64,000 nucleotides of DNA, from contig NC_088805.1 of assembly GCF_011386835.1 (NCBI RefSeq), positions 23,250,001 through 23,314,000 on the forward strand, read 5' to 3'. Each line of letters opens with the position of its first letter. Position 1 is the first letter of the stretch. Shown here one piece after another: positions 23,521-35,511 of the stretch. A model generated the notes under the pieces. It was not told the DNA's origin, searched no databases, and saw only the letters and a list, made by a program, of their open reading frames with translations. Position numbers and translations under genes: made by a program. Source of the stretch: Chrysemys picta bellii (Eukaryota).

Positions 23521-26461
23521 CAGTCCAATGCCTTATGTTGACCACACTGTTTCAGCTGGTTCTGCCCCTGGCCCTATTATATCCAAACACCCAATTGTTT
23601 GGGCAGAGGTCCTAATAAATACTATTAAGGCTCAGCACTGATAATGATTCTGGCTTGGCGTCTTAAACTAGAACCTGAGCTGATTTAGAGCAACATAGCA
23701 TTCATGGAGGTATGCTGCTTTATACCAGCTGAGAATCCGGCCCTCTACATTTTTATTATGTGGTAGATATAGATAGAAAAACTATGGTGCAGATGTTGTC
23801 ATTGTCAGACCTAGCTAGTATAGGAAGAGAGTTTCCATTATATAATCCCAAGTCCCTAGGTATACCTCTCCAATGGACATGATTTATGATTTCCCCCCTC
23901 CCCCAGTTCATTTTCTCTCCATACAGTATGTTTATCCTCATTTAGCCAATTATGCAAGAACTTGGTGTCAGTCCTTTGGTCGTTTCATAATCATGGATGT
24001 TTTACTCAGGAGGGTTAGTAAAGCGTCCACCAGCAATTTGGACGCTGGTTTGTGACTCTTTTACAAAGAGCTGGTTTTACACATCTATAAAATATGCAGA
24101 AGAAGATACTGCTAGTCTTCTGAACAAACAATAAGAGCTCTAAATTATTAAATGTGGAGATAAGATGTAGAGACCTTTTTTTTTTGGGGGGGGGGGGGGG
24201 GGTTGCTGTTATTCCTGTCCTTTTGCCATGTTGTGAGAACACAGTACATTTCTATTTTCAAACCAATCCTTGCTGCATGTTTCTATGGAGGAAGTCATGG
24301 CTGCATTTTTATTTATTTTATTTTAATGTTTTTATTTATTTATTGGTCCTTCCTGAATTTCAGATGAACAGTGACTCATGGGAAGCTGTATCAGCTGGAG
24401 AAGAGTCCAGATCAGCCTCTACTCTCAGGGTAGCAAGACAAATGAGGCCAATACAAGTAATCAGTCTCAATACTGTGCTAGGAGGTTCAGCCATGAGCAG
24501 GAAGCCTTGTTTGTGCACAATAATGTTCTGAACATTGGGTTGTCACTATCCTATCTGGCTTGTGGTAGAATTAGAATAATTCACAGCATTGTGAATGTAG
24601 GATCCTGTTTGTTTGGTGCTATAGTTCCTATCGAGGTTGTTTTTCCTGTAGTTTAGAGAGAGAGAGGAAGAAATATCTCTCCCATTGTAACTTTTCTCCT
24701 AGATGTATTCATTCCATTAAATAATGCCTACCTGTTGTATAGCACCTTTCATCAAGTAGATTTCAAAGCTCATCAGGTCTTCGATGTATTTATTCTCACA
24801 GCACCCCTGTGAAGTAGGGAAGTGTGATTGCCCCCATGGAGCTCCTAGGCATGCTGATAATCGAGCAAAGCATTTAAGGATGTGCTCAACTTATAGAATG
24901 TGTTTGGGTCCCATGGTGCTTACGTCCTTTGCTGAATAGGGATGGATTTCTGAACTGAGGCCTCAGTGAAGCGCATGAGAGCCATAGAGTCCTAAAAGTT
25001 AAAATGGAAAAGACCTGTTAGGCCCACCTTATTGCCACTGCATGGAGTCTCCCGTCTGGCGCTCTATACAGTCTGATTTTATACCATTCCGATGATGGCT
25101 TCTACCATTGCCCTTGGGAAGCTCTCCCACTACCTGTCTATCTGCTTTGTACTCAGCCAACATTCACATTTCCTTAATTCCATCCCACTGCTCTTAATTA
25201 TACTGTCTTCTACCACCTTCAGCAATTCTTTTCCCTCCTCGAAGTTTAAAATCTTGTGGATAATTATATCACTCCCTGCGCCCTTCACCTGATATTCAAA
25301 CCAAGATATCTATGGCTTGATTTTTCCCCCAGAGCTGTTGAATACCTGCTTGCTGTTCCCATTGATTTCAGTGGAAGTATTGGCTACTTAGCAACCTCTG
25401 AAATCAATCTGTTAATTCTTCCACTCTTTATAAGACAATCCCTCCGCTACTTAGTTCTTGTCACTGTTATCCAAATCCCCCCCCCGTATCTATACTTCAT
25501 TCTGATATTGCAGGATCCGGAACTGAATGCACTATAGTTCACGCAGCATGGGTTAAGGAAGAGAAGAATCTGTCCCAAATACTCAACTTACATTCACATA
25601 CTGTAGTAGTAATTTTGCCATCGTTATCCCCTTGCTTTCCATAATAAATGTTCCTAGACACAGCAGCTGCCCTTTGATTTTTCCATTCATGTCCCAAGAA
25701 GCAGCTAGTTTTGATGTCTTAAATAAGTGACCTGGCTCAAACCTCATGGAAATCCAGCCCCGAGAGAGATTTTTAAGTTTACTTTGCGCTAGTCTTTGTT
25801 TGGTGCCCGTTGGTGCACCCTTGAGGGTTTAACATTGCAGTATTGTACTTACTGTCAGTGGTTTGATGTTAGCCTGGGAAAGAAAGACACTATAGATTCA
25901 ATTAAGACCCTGTCACAAGATTGGACTCTGAGACTACAACACAATAGCAGTAAGAGCGCTAAACAAAGGAGAGTCAATAATTTCCAGCGCTCCAATATGT
26001 ATGGGAGCTGCCATGAAAACCTGCTTGTGTTCTGAAGCATGACTTCTTCACCTCAAGTCTCATTGTCAGCTTCCTTTCAAGCTATGCTATTCACGAAAGG
26101 AAATCTGGTTCACAAATTTCAATAAGGGTGGCAAATTTTCTGATGCCTTGGAGTGAAAATTGATTGTCACTTACCGCGCCTCACTGTTATGAGAATGATT
26201 TATGAACCCATTGAAACCAATAATGATTTCTGGCATTACTGCTTTCCTGGTGATAATAATTAGGGTCCCCTTTCCCCTGCCTCCAGCTCAATGGGATCAA
26301 TATTTCCTTTTAAAGGGCTGGATGTACAGCTTCCCATTGTCAATTATAAAGATTTTTAAGTACTGAGACTCTCGTAAGTAGAAGCAACAGTTTGTGCCAC
26401 TGGTAAGCACTCTGATTACATAGGTTTGGTGGTTGTCTCCATGAAAGCATCTTCCTAGAAT

Positions 26462-26575
26462 ATAGGGTATATCTTCACTGCAATCACAGGTCTGACTTCA
26501 GCATGTATAGACATAACCAAGCGAGATTAGATCTAGCTAACTTAAATAACAATAACAGTGAAGCCATGGCAGCTT
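26462..26575. mobile_element. Truncated Harbinger-type MITE abutting the Gmr1 fossil
   Basis: agggtatatcttcactgc resembles the GGGTATGTCTACACT TIR; the other end is missing. Confidence 0.4.
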
Positions 26576-26592
26576 CTCGGTCTCCCTGACAC

Positions 26593-26704
26593 GGTGTCCA
26601 GGCTCAGTTTAGATGTGGTGGGAAGTGAGGTGTCCAGGCTCAGTTTAGATGTGGTGGGAAGTGAGGTGTCCAGGCTCAGTTTAGATGTGGTGGGAAGTGA
26701 GGTG
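26593..26704. repeat. Perfect 36-bp tandem repeat, 3.1 copies
   Basis: Unit ggtgtccaggctcagtttagatgtggtgggaagtga; no spacers. Confidence 0.95.
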
Positions 26705-27480
26705 AGTTCTCCCAGGCTGGGAGGAAAATACCACTGAGAAGGTGGCTATCAGCTGTTGGGCTTGGACCTTCTGTTCCAGTGTGAGAATGTCTCCAATACA
26801 GACTGTCCCAGGGCCTGAGATGCTGGCTATTTGAGGCCCTACTCTAATTCTGGAGTGAAGGGGGCTATAAATAGACCATCCTGGGCTTTAGGAGATTGAC
26901 ATGATACATTTTTGTGGTCTTTTTGTCCAACTGCCTGATTTCATAATCATGTCTGGAAAATGAGTTTTAGGGGTCCTGGCAGTGAGCCAACAGTTTTGAC
27001 TCCGAACTAGGGAGCAACAAGAATACCCAATATCTGGGTTTGAACTCTTGGAGATGGGCCCTCTTACTATAGGTTGTTTGTTGGGCACTCTGTGCATGTA
27101 GGAAATTTTCTGAAGGTGCCTAAGATTTCTAGCTCCTCACAAAGGGTGAGGAGATACAGCATAACATTGTCAGCTTGGGGAAGTTCAGTTCCTTGATCTG
27201 AGTTGTACATGACCCGTACGGCTTCATGGGCCTCTTAAATCCTGGTGAGGGACAATCCTGGCAGGGTTCTTCGGAATGTCGCCCCCTGCCCTCAGGCCAG
27301 TTTCTGTTTACCTTGGCCCCACGGGTCCCTCTCTGGATGTCACTTCAGCTGTCCTAGTCACAGTATAGATCTCCATTAGTTTGATGGCTTTGCCGTTGCC
27401 TCAGGCTGGTAGCATAAGACCAAGTTCCTTCCCCTGGCAGGGAGTATCTGAGTAAATTGTTCAGGCAGAATCATTTCCAC

Positions 27481-28731
27481 TAGGGTTACCATCCGTCCGT
27501 ATTTCCCCGGACATGTCCGGCTTTTGCGTCTCTAAATAGCCGTCCGGGAGGAATTGGTAACAAGGTTAAAATGTCCGGGGTTTTTTTCTCCCTCGCCTCC
27601 CTCCCTCCCTTCCATGCAGAGTGTGGCTGCTGATTGGGCGGCTAGGCCGATTGACCCACTCCCATTGGCCTCCAGCAGCCAGAGCCCTCCCCTGCTCCCC
27701 CCTCCCTCTCTCTGTAGTCCTGTGTAACACACAAACCGACCCACGTGGAGCCAGAATGGTAAGAGGAGTGGGGGGGGGGCAGTCAGGGAGTGGGGGAGTG
27801 TTGGATGGGTCCCCAGCCTCCACCTGCCACCCCCCCTCCGTGCATCCCCCCCTCGATGGGTCCCCCATTCCTGTCTGCCTCTCCCTTGTCTGCTGTGCTG
27901 GCTCTGGCAGTACACGCAGACAACTGCTGTCTGCTGCCCCCGGGTCCTAGTGCCCCCATCCACTAATGGGAAGACAGGCTGCCCTTACCCTGCCCTTCCA
28001 CCCTAGCCCTGAGCCTCTCCAACACCCCAAACCTCCCAGCCTTCATCCCCACACACCCTAATCCTCTGCTCCATCCCTGAGCCCCCTCCTGCATCATGAA
28101 CCCCTCATCCCCAGACCCACAGCCCTCACCCCTGCATCCCCTCCTATCCCCAAACTCCCTCCCAATCCCCCTCCCTCTTCCCACACACCCCCTCCTGCCC
28201 TCAAACTTCCTCCTAAAGCCTGCACCCCCTCCCTTTGCACCGCCTCTCACCCCCAAACTCCATCCCAGAGCCTGCACCCCTCACCCCCTCCTGCAAACCC
28301 ACCCCCTGCCCCAGCCCGGAGCCTGCACCCAGCACCCAAACTCTATCCCAGAACCTGCACCCCTCCTGCACCCTAATCCCCAGCCCAGGACCCGCACCCC
28401 AGACCTCCTCCCCCCACCCAACCCCCCTCCCAGAGCCTTAGGCAGGTGGGGTGGGGGGTTCTGGGCACCACCAAAATTTCTACAACCCTGCCACCCATGC
28501 GAGTGGATAAGGGTCAGGGCAGTCAGGGGACAGGTAGGGTCCTGGGGGGGGCAGTTAGGGTAGGGGGTTCTCAGCAGGGGACAGTCAGGGGACAAGAAGC
28601 AGGGGGGTTGGGGTTCTGAGGGGAGCAGTCAGGGGGTGGGAAGTGGGAGGGAGTGGATGGGGCGGGGCTAGGGCGGGGCTTCCCCCCCCCCCAGTGTCCT
28701 CTTTTTTGTTTGTGGAAATATGGTAACCCTA
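27481..28731. mobile_element. Non-autonomous hAT element (1251 bp) inserted into the SCAN-gag
   Basis: TIRs TAGGGTTACCAT / ATGGTAACCCTA; flanking duplication TTTCCAC (27474-27480, 28732-28738); C-rich repetitive interior. Confidence 0.9.
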
Positions 28732-29300
28732 TTTCCACTGCTTGCATGTTTTTCTCTTGGGTCTGAGCCAACCACCAACACCAGTCTAGCAGTTTCTGTA
28801 GGGCCAGATGCCCGGAGGATATCACTCCTCCCAAAATCTCTGGCAGAGCACTTCCTCGGAGATATCTAAAGAGTTTAAAATGGACATTTTGACTTGTGCA
28901 TACTCCCATGATAGACAGCTTGTGCCATCTTGGGCAGGTGTGGGGACAATCACTGTGCTGCTGCGTTCCAAGTCTCAAGAAAGGCCTCTGGACTGTCTTC
29001 AGGTCCCATCTTTGTTAATCTGACCACTACCCGGGCCCCTGCTGGATTCATGCTGGAAGGCCCAGTTGTTGTGAGAGGCTGCAATATGGTCATGACCTGC
29101 TGCACAACTGTTATTGTTGCTGCTGAACAACTAAATCTCAGATCAGCTGTTGCTGCTGGGGACCATCTGCTGTAGGAGATGCTGCCGCTGGTGTTGAGCG
29201 TTCTGCTCCACCATCCATTTCAATAATTGCTCTGTGTTGGTGCAGCTGAGGAAGCATTTTCTTATGGATTTTTTCTTAAGTCTTGACCTAACTAGGTCAA

Positions 29301-29318
29301 TGCCCACATTCTCCACCA
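29301..29318 (-). promoter_or_regulatory. Primer-binding site of the Gmr1-like element, complementary to the tRNA-Ala 3' end
   Basis: Minus strand TGGTGGAGAATGTGGGCA vs tRNA-Ala(AGC) complement TGGTGGAGAATGCGGGCA as I recall it (one CpG-type change); lies just inside the LTR. Confidence 0.75.
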
Positions 29319-29322
29319 CATT

Positions 29323-29858
29323 GGTAGCGGGGTTGCCAAAGTGGCCTGGCAGGACGCAATTTGCCCAGCTCTTGATCCCTGATGGTTAGACGCCGCCCCT
29401 CACAGATCCAGAGCCGTGATGCCTTAACCCTCCTGCTATGGTGCACTTGTGTCCTACCCCTTCGGGAGTATTAAGAGTCCAAAATAAAAGAAAAATTGTG
29501 TTAATTCAAATCTAGGGTCATCCAAGAATTCGTCAGCAGGACCCCACCCTACTCAGGGCTTGTCTTTGTGTGACCCGTCCTTTTTTGTTAGTTTTGCTGG
29601 GTCCAGTCGTCCCATCCACTGGGAGGCTCACTCAGGTGGCAAGCTGTCTCAGTCTCTTGGCTGGAACCAAGTATCCCTTGGTGAAGAAGAAGCAGAGCTG
29701 TGCTCTCCTTCCTGGTCAGCCTCTGACTGAGCTGGGCATCTTCCTTTTAAGGCCCCTCTCCATTCTTGACAATGACTGCGGGTGTAACAGGGAGAGGGTG
29801 TCCACAGGCCCTAGCTAGGACCCACACTGGCAGGGAGGGGGTTATCTGCCCCATCACA
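29323..29858 (-). mobile_element. 5' LTR of the Gmr1-like element
   Basis: Begins TGTGATGG on the minus strand (29858) and ends just before the PBS. Confidence 0.7.
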
Positions 29859-32079
29859 CACACTGGCAGTGTGGGTCTGCTATATCTGATGCAGCTTTGC
29901 TGAATCTAATCAGGTTTTAAAACTCAATGTAAGTTTCCTTTCAGTAGCAGAATGTCCCTGTGGCAGTGGCATGGGGTGAGTGTGGCTGGAGCATGTTGTG
30001 CTCAGGCTATTCTGCACAAAGTCTCGGTGTTTTGTGCTCCAGCCCTGAGGGCTACTCTCTCTTAAGTTGGGACTGGGCTGGTCCCCAGCAGTGCCTGAAA
30101 CCAAGAGGTACAAGTTTGCCACTCCCTCCTCATTCTCATGCTGAGGTCAGCTCAACTCAGCTAGAAGAGTGAATTACCTGTCACATGGAGAAACTGGTCC
30201 TTGGCTATCTCTCCACTGTATTAGTTGGAAACAAGCTTTTCTTAACTAATAAGTATGCAGGTCTCATTGAGCAAACCCATTTACTGGAGCAAATCCTTGC
30301 TTTCGTTCCTGCCTTGAATCCCCTGTGTGCTTCCAGTAGTCTTTCAACATAATAATGCAGGATGAGCTGGGGTTCTACACTCATGTCATCCTAACGGGAT
30401 CCTACTGCTGGACTGTAGGCCCACAGAGCAGATGGTAGTGTTTAGTATCTTTATGCGTCAGTGGTTCCAGATTTTGGGCTTTGAAATAGCTTCCTCTTCT
30501 TGGCATGTGAAGATCCAGAGTGGGAAATGTACGCCATCACCTGGAATTGCTCAGGGGGCACTAACAGCAGATGACGTGAGGTGCCAGCCTCCGGAACATC
30601 TGCATGAGCAAGACTGTGATGAGACTGTTCAGCTTGCCTGACAGCTGGTGGCCAGACATTAAAGTGGACCTCACCAGCTAAGAGAGTCCCCCATCTGGTG
30701 GCTGAACTTGCTTGGTGCACGTGCATAAATCATCCTACTCTATCCTTCATGTTGCCTTTAGCTGGAGACTGTTTGACAGACTGCTCTGAAATTAGTTTGC
30801 TGGCCTTAGTACAGATCCTAATGAATGCTTTCTCATGGCACAGAAAACACTGTCACTAATTGATTTCTTTGTTGGTATTCCCAGTAGAGTAACCAAAGAT
30901 TGCAAGAATATGGAAACTGAACCAAGTATAGAGGGTATGTTGCAGGAGGAAGTGGGCATACTTTGCCTTGGGGCTGCTCTAAATTATGCTGAACTGACTC
31001 CCAGTAGGCCCTGGGATTAGAGGAATGCAAAGATGGTGTACAGCCACCTTTGTCAACTCTCCCTTTCCTAGCTGTCTAAGCAGGGCTCAGGGGCAGCTGA
31101 AGATCTAGCCCCATGTGGAGAAAAGCAAAGTGCTGACAAACCTGACAGCAGTTGAGATCCAGAAAGAATAACACTGGTTGATTTAGTGGAATAACAGACA
31201 CAAATGCAAACATGAGTATTAGGTGCCCTGGAACCCACACAATTTTCAACACAGAAAGTACTGTAGACTCTGTGATTTGATGTGACAGGCCCCAGGACTG
31301 TACTGCGGACCTGTATCCTCATCCTGTCTATAAGATTTCATCCTGGCAGTCAGCGTATCCCAAGGTGTTTACTGAGGAAAGAAAGGTCTGCTAGAGTCCT
31401 CAGAACCTATAGAATGGCTGGAGCTGGGGAAGGGAGAGAACAACAGTGGACATTGTGAATGTTGGGGTCAAAGTCCACTGGCTAACTTGGTGCTTCTGAT
31501 TCTCTTTAAAAATTGTGTTAACCTTTATTAGCTTTTGTACAATTTCTCCAGCTGTTAGCCACACCCAAATTTCTCTCCTTGTTTGTTGTGTCACCATTTC
31601 TGTCTCTATTGTCGACAACATTTCTTGGTATTAAAAAAAAAAAAAATTCTCAGTACCTGATATTGAAGAGTTGTTCAAGTTACTTTGGAAATACAGTGCT
31701 CATCACTGGATCTGCAAAGTAATGAGCTGAATATTGCTGGTTGATTGCTGATTACAGGCTGTGTTCATTGCTCTCCACTCATCCCTTCCTCAAGCAGCGC
31801 TGCTATTGGCTGGGAGTTTTGCTTGAGAAATTAACAAGGCCACACTGTTGCACCACAGCCTAGGTGTTGCACAGTAGGATGGAAATGATGTCTGGCATCA
31901 TCACAGCCACTCGGTCAGGACAGGAGTTGTTAGTTCGGCCGTGAAAATGAACTGCCCTGGATCAGCAGTGTCGATGGTGGGGCCTGAAAAACAACTATTT
32001 CCCAAAAATAATTAATTCTTCTGAAAAAGTAGTCTATTATTTTATACTATAACTTTCATTAAGAATAAGATCTTCCTCA

Positions 32080-32876
32080 GCAGCATGGGGGTGCAGGTTG
32101 CTTGCTAGGTTCATCTGGATATATTTTACCAAATCATTCCCTGCCACTCCAGGGGCCTCAGGCATCGGTTCACCTCAGTCCCTCCTAATCTCTGCCTGTG
32201 GCACACAACAATTTAGTTTCTTGAGGGATGGAATACATTAGTGTAATTCAGTTTATAGGACTCAGTGCAGGGATAACTGGGTAGGGTTTAGTGGCCTGCA
32301 TTGCGCAGGTCAGACAAGATGATCTGGCCTGAAACCAGGGCGGCAGGGGAGGGCGCCGAGCAATCCCCAACCGGGAGGGCGGCGAGCCCGCCGCGGCTCT
32401 GCTCTCCCCAGCGGCCAGAGCGCCGGGAGGAGGGCGGAGAGCCCCCGGCAGCCAGAGCGCTGGGGGGAGGGCGGCAAGCCCGGCCGGGGCTCTCCGCTCT
32501 TCCCGGCGGCCAGAGTGCCGGGAGCAGGGCGGAGAGTCCGCCGCGGCTCTCCGCTCTCCCCGGCGGCCAGAGTGCCGAGGGGAGGGTGGAGAGCCCCCGG
32601 CGGCCAGAGTGCCGAGGGGAGGGCGGCGAGCCCGCCACGGCTCTCTGCTCTCCCCGGCGGCCAGAGTGCCGAGGGGAGGGCGGCGAGCCCGCCACGGCTC
32701 TCTGCTCTCCCCGGCGGCCGGAGCACTGGGGGGAGGGCGGCGAGCCCAGTCGCGGCCCCACTCTCGGGCCGGAGTGCCCCGCCGCACCGCCCCCCTCCAG
32801 GCGCCGCCCCAAGCACATGCTTGGTGGGCCGGTGCCTGGAGCTGGCCCTGCCTGAAACTCTCTGATTCTATGACCT
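32080..32876 (+). mobile_element. CR1 3'-UTR fragment split by a hAT MITE
   Basis: ggtcagacaagatgatctgg|cctgaaac|tctctgattctatga tail. Confidence 0.65.
32336..32850 (-). mobile_element. Non-autonomous hAT element, CAGGGCCGGCTC family, left end internally deleted
   Basis: Perfect TSD CCTGAAAC (32328-32335, 32851-32858); right TIR gagctggccctg; ~58-bp GC-rich internal tandem units; same family as 41120-41722. Confidence 0.88.
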
Positions 32877-32973
32877 TCCTGCTAATGGAGCATTCAAAAC
32901 TGTTCCCAAAATGGCATTCTACTAGCACTTTAAGCCATCTTAATAAAAACGAGCATTCGTGTTTGGTTTGTTC

Positions 32974-33190
32974 TGTGAAATGAGTTGAAAGGTCTCAGTA
33001 CAGTTCCAGGGATAGCTTGAAAACCCATCACACAATGGGGACCAACTGGCATCCTTTTTTGGCAGTCTCAGGAGTGACACCAGCACTGAATGGGCAAGAG
33101 GCTGAACCATCCTCTCATGCCTGCTATTGATCACTTCAGATCAGGGTTGAGAAATGTTGAGGAGGGAGTAAGACAAAGCATACTGTACTC
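32974..33190 (+). mobile_element. LF-SINE body fragment
   Basis: gtgaaatgagttg, ggtctcagtacagttcc, ttggcagtctcag, actgaatgggc and tcagggttgag are collinear with the LF-SINE consensus as I recall it. Confidence 0.7.
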
Positions 33191-33569
33191 TGGGTCCAGG
33201 AGTATCTGATCTGTGGATATATAGAGACCTTTAGTCCTCAAGGCTGGCTTTCCATAAAGCTCCATTTTCTCTCTCTTTCTTTCATAGATTCTAAGGCCAG
33301 AAGAGACCATGATGGCCATTTAGTCAGACTTCCTGTATAGCCCAGGCCATAGAACTTCCCCAAAATAATTCCTAGGGCAGATCTTTTAGAAAAATATCTC
33401 ATCTGAATTTTAAAATGGTCAGTGATGAAGAATCCACCACAACCCTTGGTAAATGGTTCCACTGATTAATTATTCTTGCCATTAAAAAAATGACACCTTA
33501 TTTCTAGACTGAATTTGTCTCGCTTCAACTTCCAGACATTGGATCGTGTAATACCTTTCTCTGCTAGAT

Positions 33570-34302
33570 CAGTGGTTCCCAAACTTTAACAACCTGTGAA
33601 CCCCTTTCACTAAAATGTCAAGTCTCATGAACCCCCTCTTAAAAATCAATATTTCCAGGGATATACCTGAGTATAAATTATAAAAGCAGTGATCTTGGAA
33701 ATATAAAATTTGTTTTTATGACATGCTTATTACGCACTATTTATTAATTAGTTATCATTAAAGTATTTTTATTACATTATGAAAACGGCAACACTTTTCC
33801 AAGATCTCACTTTTGTAGCTTGTATCACTTTGAATAAACATGTTATAAGACAAGGCTCCTATGCTTCATCAAGTAGTATCAGATGTAAAACAGTATGAAG
33901 GTATTTAAGAAGCCAACTCAAAGAGTTCCTCCTACACGAGCATTCAGGTCTTGAGCAGTCCAGGCAAACAGCGCACGTTACAACAAAGCTTAAACTTGTT
34001 CTTCATAATAATTTAAAAAACAATACTAGCTGAGTATTTACTTTTAAAAACAGCAAAAAATACCCACCTCCCTTTCCATTTCTTAGAAGGAGTCTTGAAG
34101 GTTAAATCTCCTCAGTGTGATAGAGATGTTTGCTTTGAACTGCTTAGCTCTTGGAAGTCCAGGGGCTCTGGGCTGCTGTCCCCGTGCTGCCCCGGGTCCC
34201 TAGGGTCAGCTCTGTCCGCCATTAGGGATTTTTTTTCCCGAGAACTCCCGTAACATTTCGCGAACCCCCAGCGGTTCACAAACCCCAGTTTGGGAAACAC
34301 TG
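33570..34302. mobile_element. Non-autonomous hAT element (Buster/Charlie-like ends, 733 bp)
   Basis: TIRs CAGTGGTTCCCAAAC / GTTTGGGAAACACTG; perfect TSD TGCTAGAT. Confidence 0.92.
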
Positions 34303-34693
34303 TGCTAGATGGAAGAGCCCATTATTAAATATGTGTTCCCCCTGTAGGTACTTAGACTATAATCAAGTCACTCCTTAACCGTCTCTTCGTTAGACTCAAG
34401 ATGCTCAAGCCTATTTAGCTTAGCAATATAAGGAATGTGTTCTAATCCTTTAATCGTTCTCGTGGCTCTTCCTGAACCCTCTCCAGTTTATCAAAATTCT
34501 TCTTGGATTGTGAGCTCCCAAACCGGACACAGGATTCCAGCAAAGGTCTCACCAGTGGCAAATACAGAGGTACAATAATCTCTCAACTCCTACTCGAGGT
34601 TCCCCTGTTTATGCATCCCAGGATCGTAATAGCTCTTTTGGCTACAGCGTCACACTGGGAGCTAATGTTCAGCTGATGATCCACCACGACCCC

Positions 34694-35511
34694 TGTCATA
34701 ACTAGAAAGGGAAGGGTAACAACCCTCCTGTATACAATACTCTAAAATCCCTCCTGGCCAGAGGCACCAAAATCCTTTTACCTATAAAAGGTTAAGAAGC
34801 TCAGGTAATCTGGCTGACACCTGACCCAAAGGACCAATAAGGGGACAAGATACTTTCAAATCTTGGGGAGGGGGGAGGCTTTTGTTTGTGTGCTCTTTGT
34901 TTTTGGGTGTGTTCGCTCTTGGGACTAAGAGGGACTGAACATCAATCCATGTTCCCCAAATCTTTCTGCACAAGTCTCTCATATTTCAAACTTGTAAGTA
35001 AACAGCCAGGCAAGGCGTGTTAGTTTTATCTTTGTTTTCTCAACTTGTAAATGTTTCCTTTGCTAGAGGGTTTACCTCTGTTTGCTGTAACTTTGAACCT
35101 AAGGCTAGAGGGGGTTCCTCTGGGCTCTTTGAATCTGATTACCCTGTAAAGTTATTTTCCATCCTGATTTTACAGATATAAATTTTACCTTTTCTTTTAA
35201 TAAAATTCTTCTTTGAAGAACCTGATTGATTTTTCATTGTTTTAAGATCCAAGGGTTTGGATCTGTGTTCACCAGGACTAACTGGTGAGGGGATTACCAA
35301 GCCTTCCCAGGGAAAGGGGTGTAGGGACTTGGGGGGATATTTTGGGGGAAGAGGAATTCCAAGTGGTCCTTTTCCTGTTTCTTGTTAAAGGACTTGGTGG
35401 TGGCAGAGTATTAAAATTTAACCTAAGCTAGTAGAAATAAGCTTAGGGGGTCTTTCATGTGGGTCCCCACATCTGTACCCTAAAGTTCAGAGTGGGGAGG
35501 GAACCTTGACT
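34694..35511 (+). mobile_element. Solo LTR (ERV-like)
   Basis: TGTCA...TTGAC(T) ends; 5-bp TSD ACCCC (34689-34693, 35512-35516); internal AATAAA near 35198. Confidence 0.85.

Larger units (their letters stand above)
26575..29858 (-). mobile_element. Decayed, internally deleted Gmr1-type Gypsy LTR retrotransposon (LTR, PBS, SCAN-gag, integrase tail, pre-RT linker)
   Basis: Manual minus-strand translation gives a Q-rich gag start, VRLTKMGPEDSPEAFLET, EYAQVKMSILNSLDISEEVLCQRFWEE*YPPG, QKLLDWCW and VEMILPEQFTQILPARGRNLVLCYQP (SCAN-like). Next comes the integrase tail ENFLHAQSAQQTTYSKRAHLQEFKPRYWVFLLLPSSESKLLAHCQDP* and HDYEIRQLDKKTTKMYHVNLLKP. Last is the pre-RT linker IGDILTLEQKVQAQQLIATFSVVFSSQPGRTHL. 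Confidence 0.85.

Noticed and set aside
24186-24202. Poly-G run and other homopolymers or microsatellites (e.g. (GT)n near 38203)
   Set aside because: Ordinary simple repeats with error-prone lengths.
26593-26704. 36-bp repeats resembling a CRISPR array
   Set aside because: Units are head-to-tail with no spacers, the context is eukaryotic, and the unit is a piece of retrotransposon pol.
27963-28595. Pro-rich or Gly-rich ORFs
   Set aside because: C-rich repetitive MITE interior.
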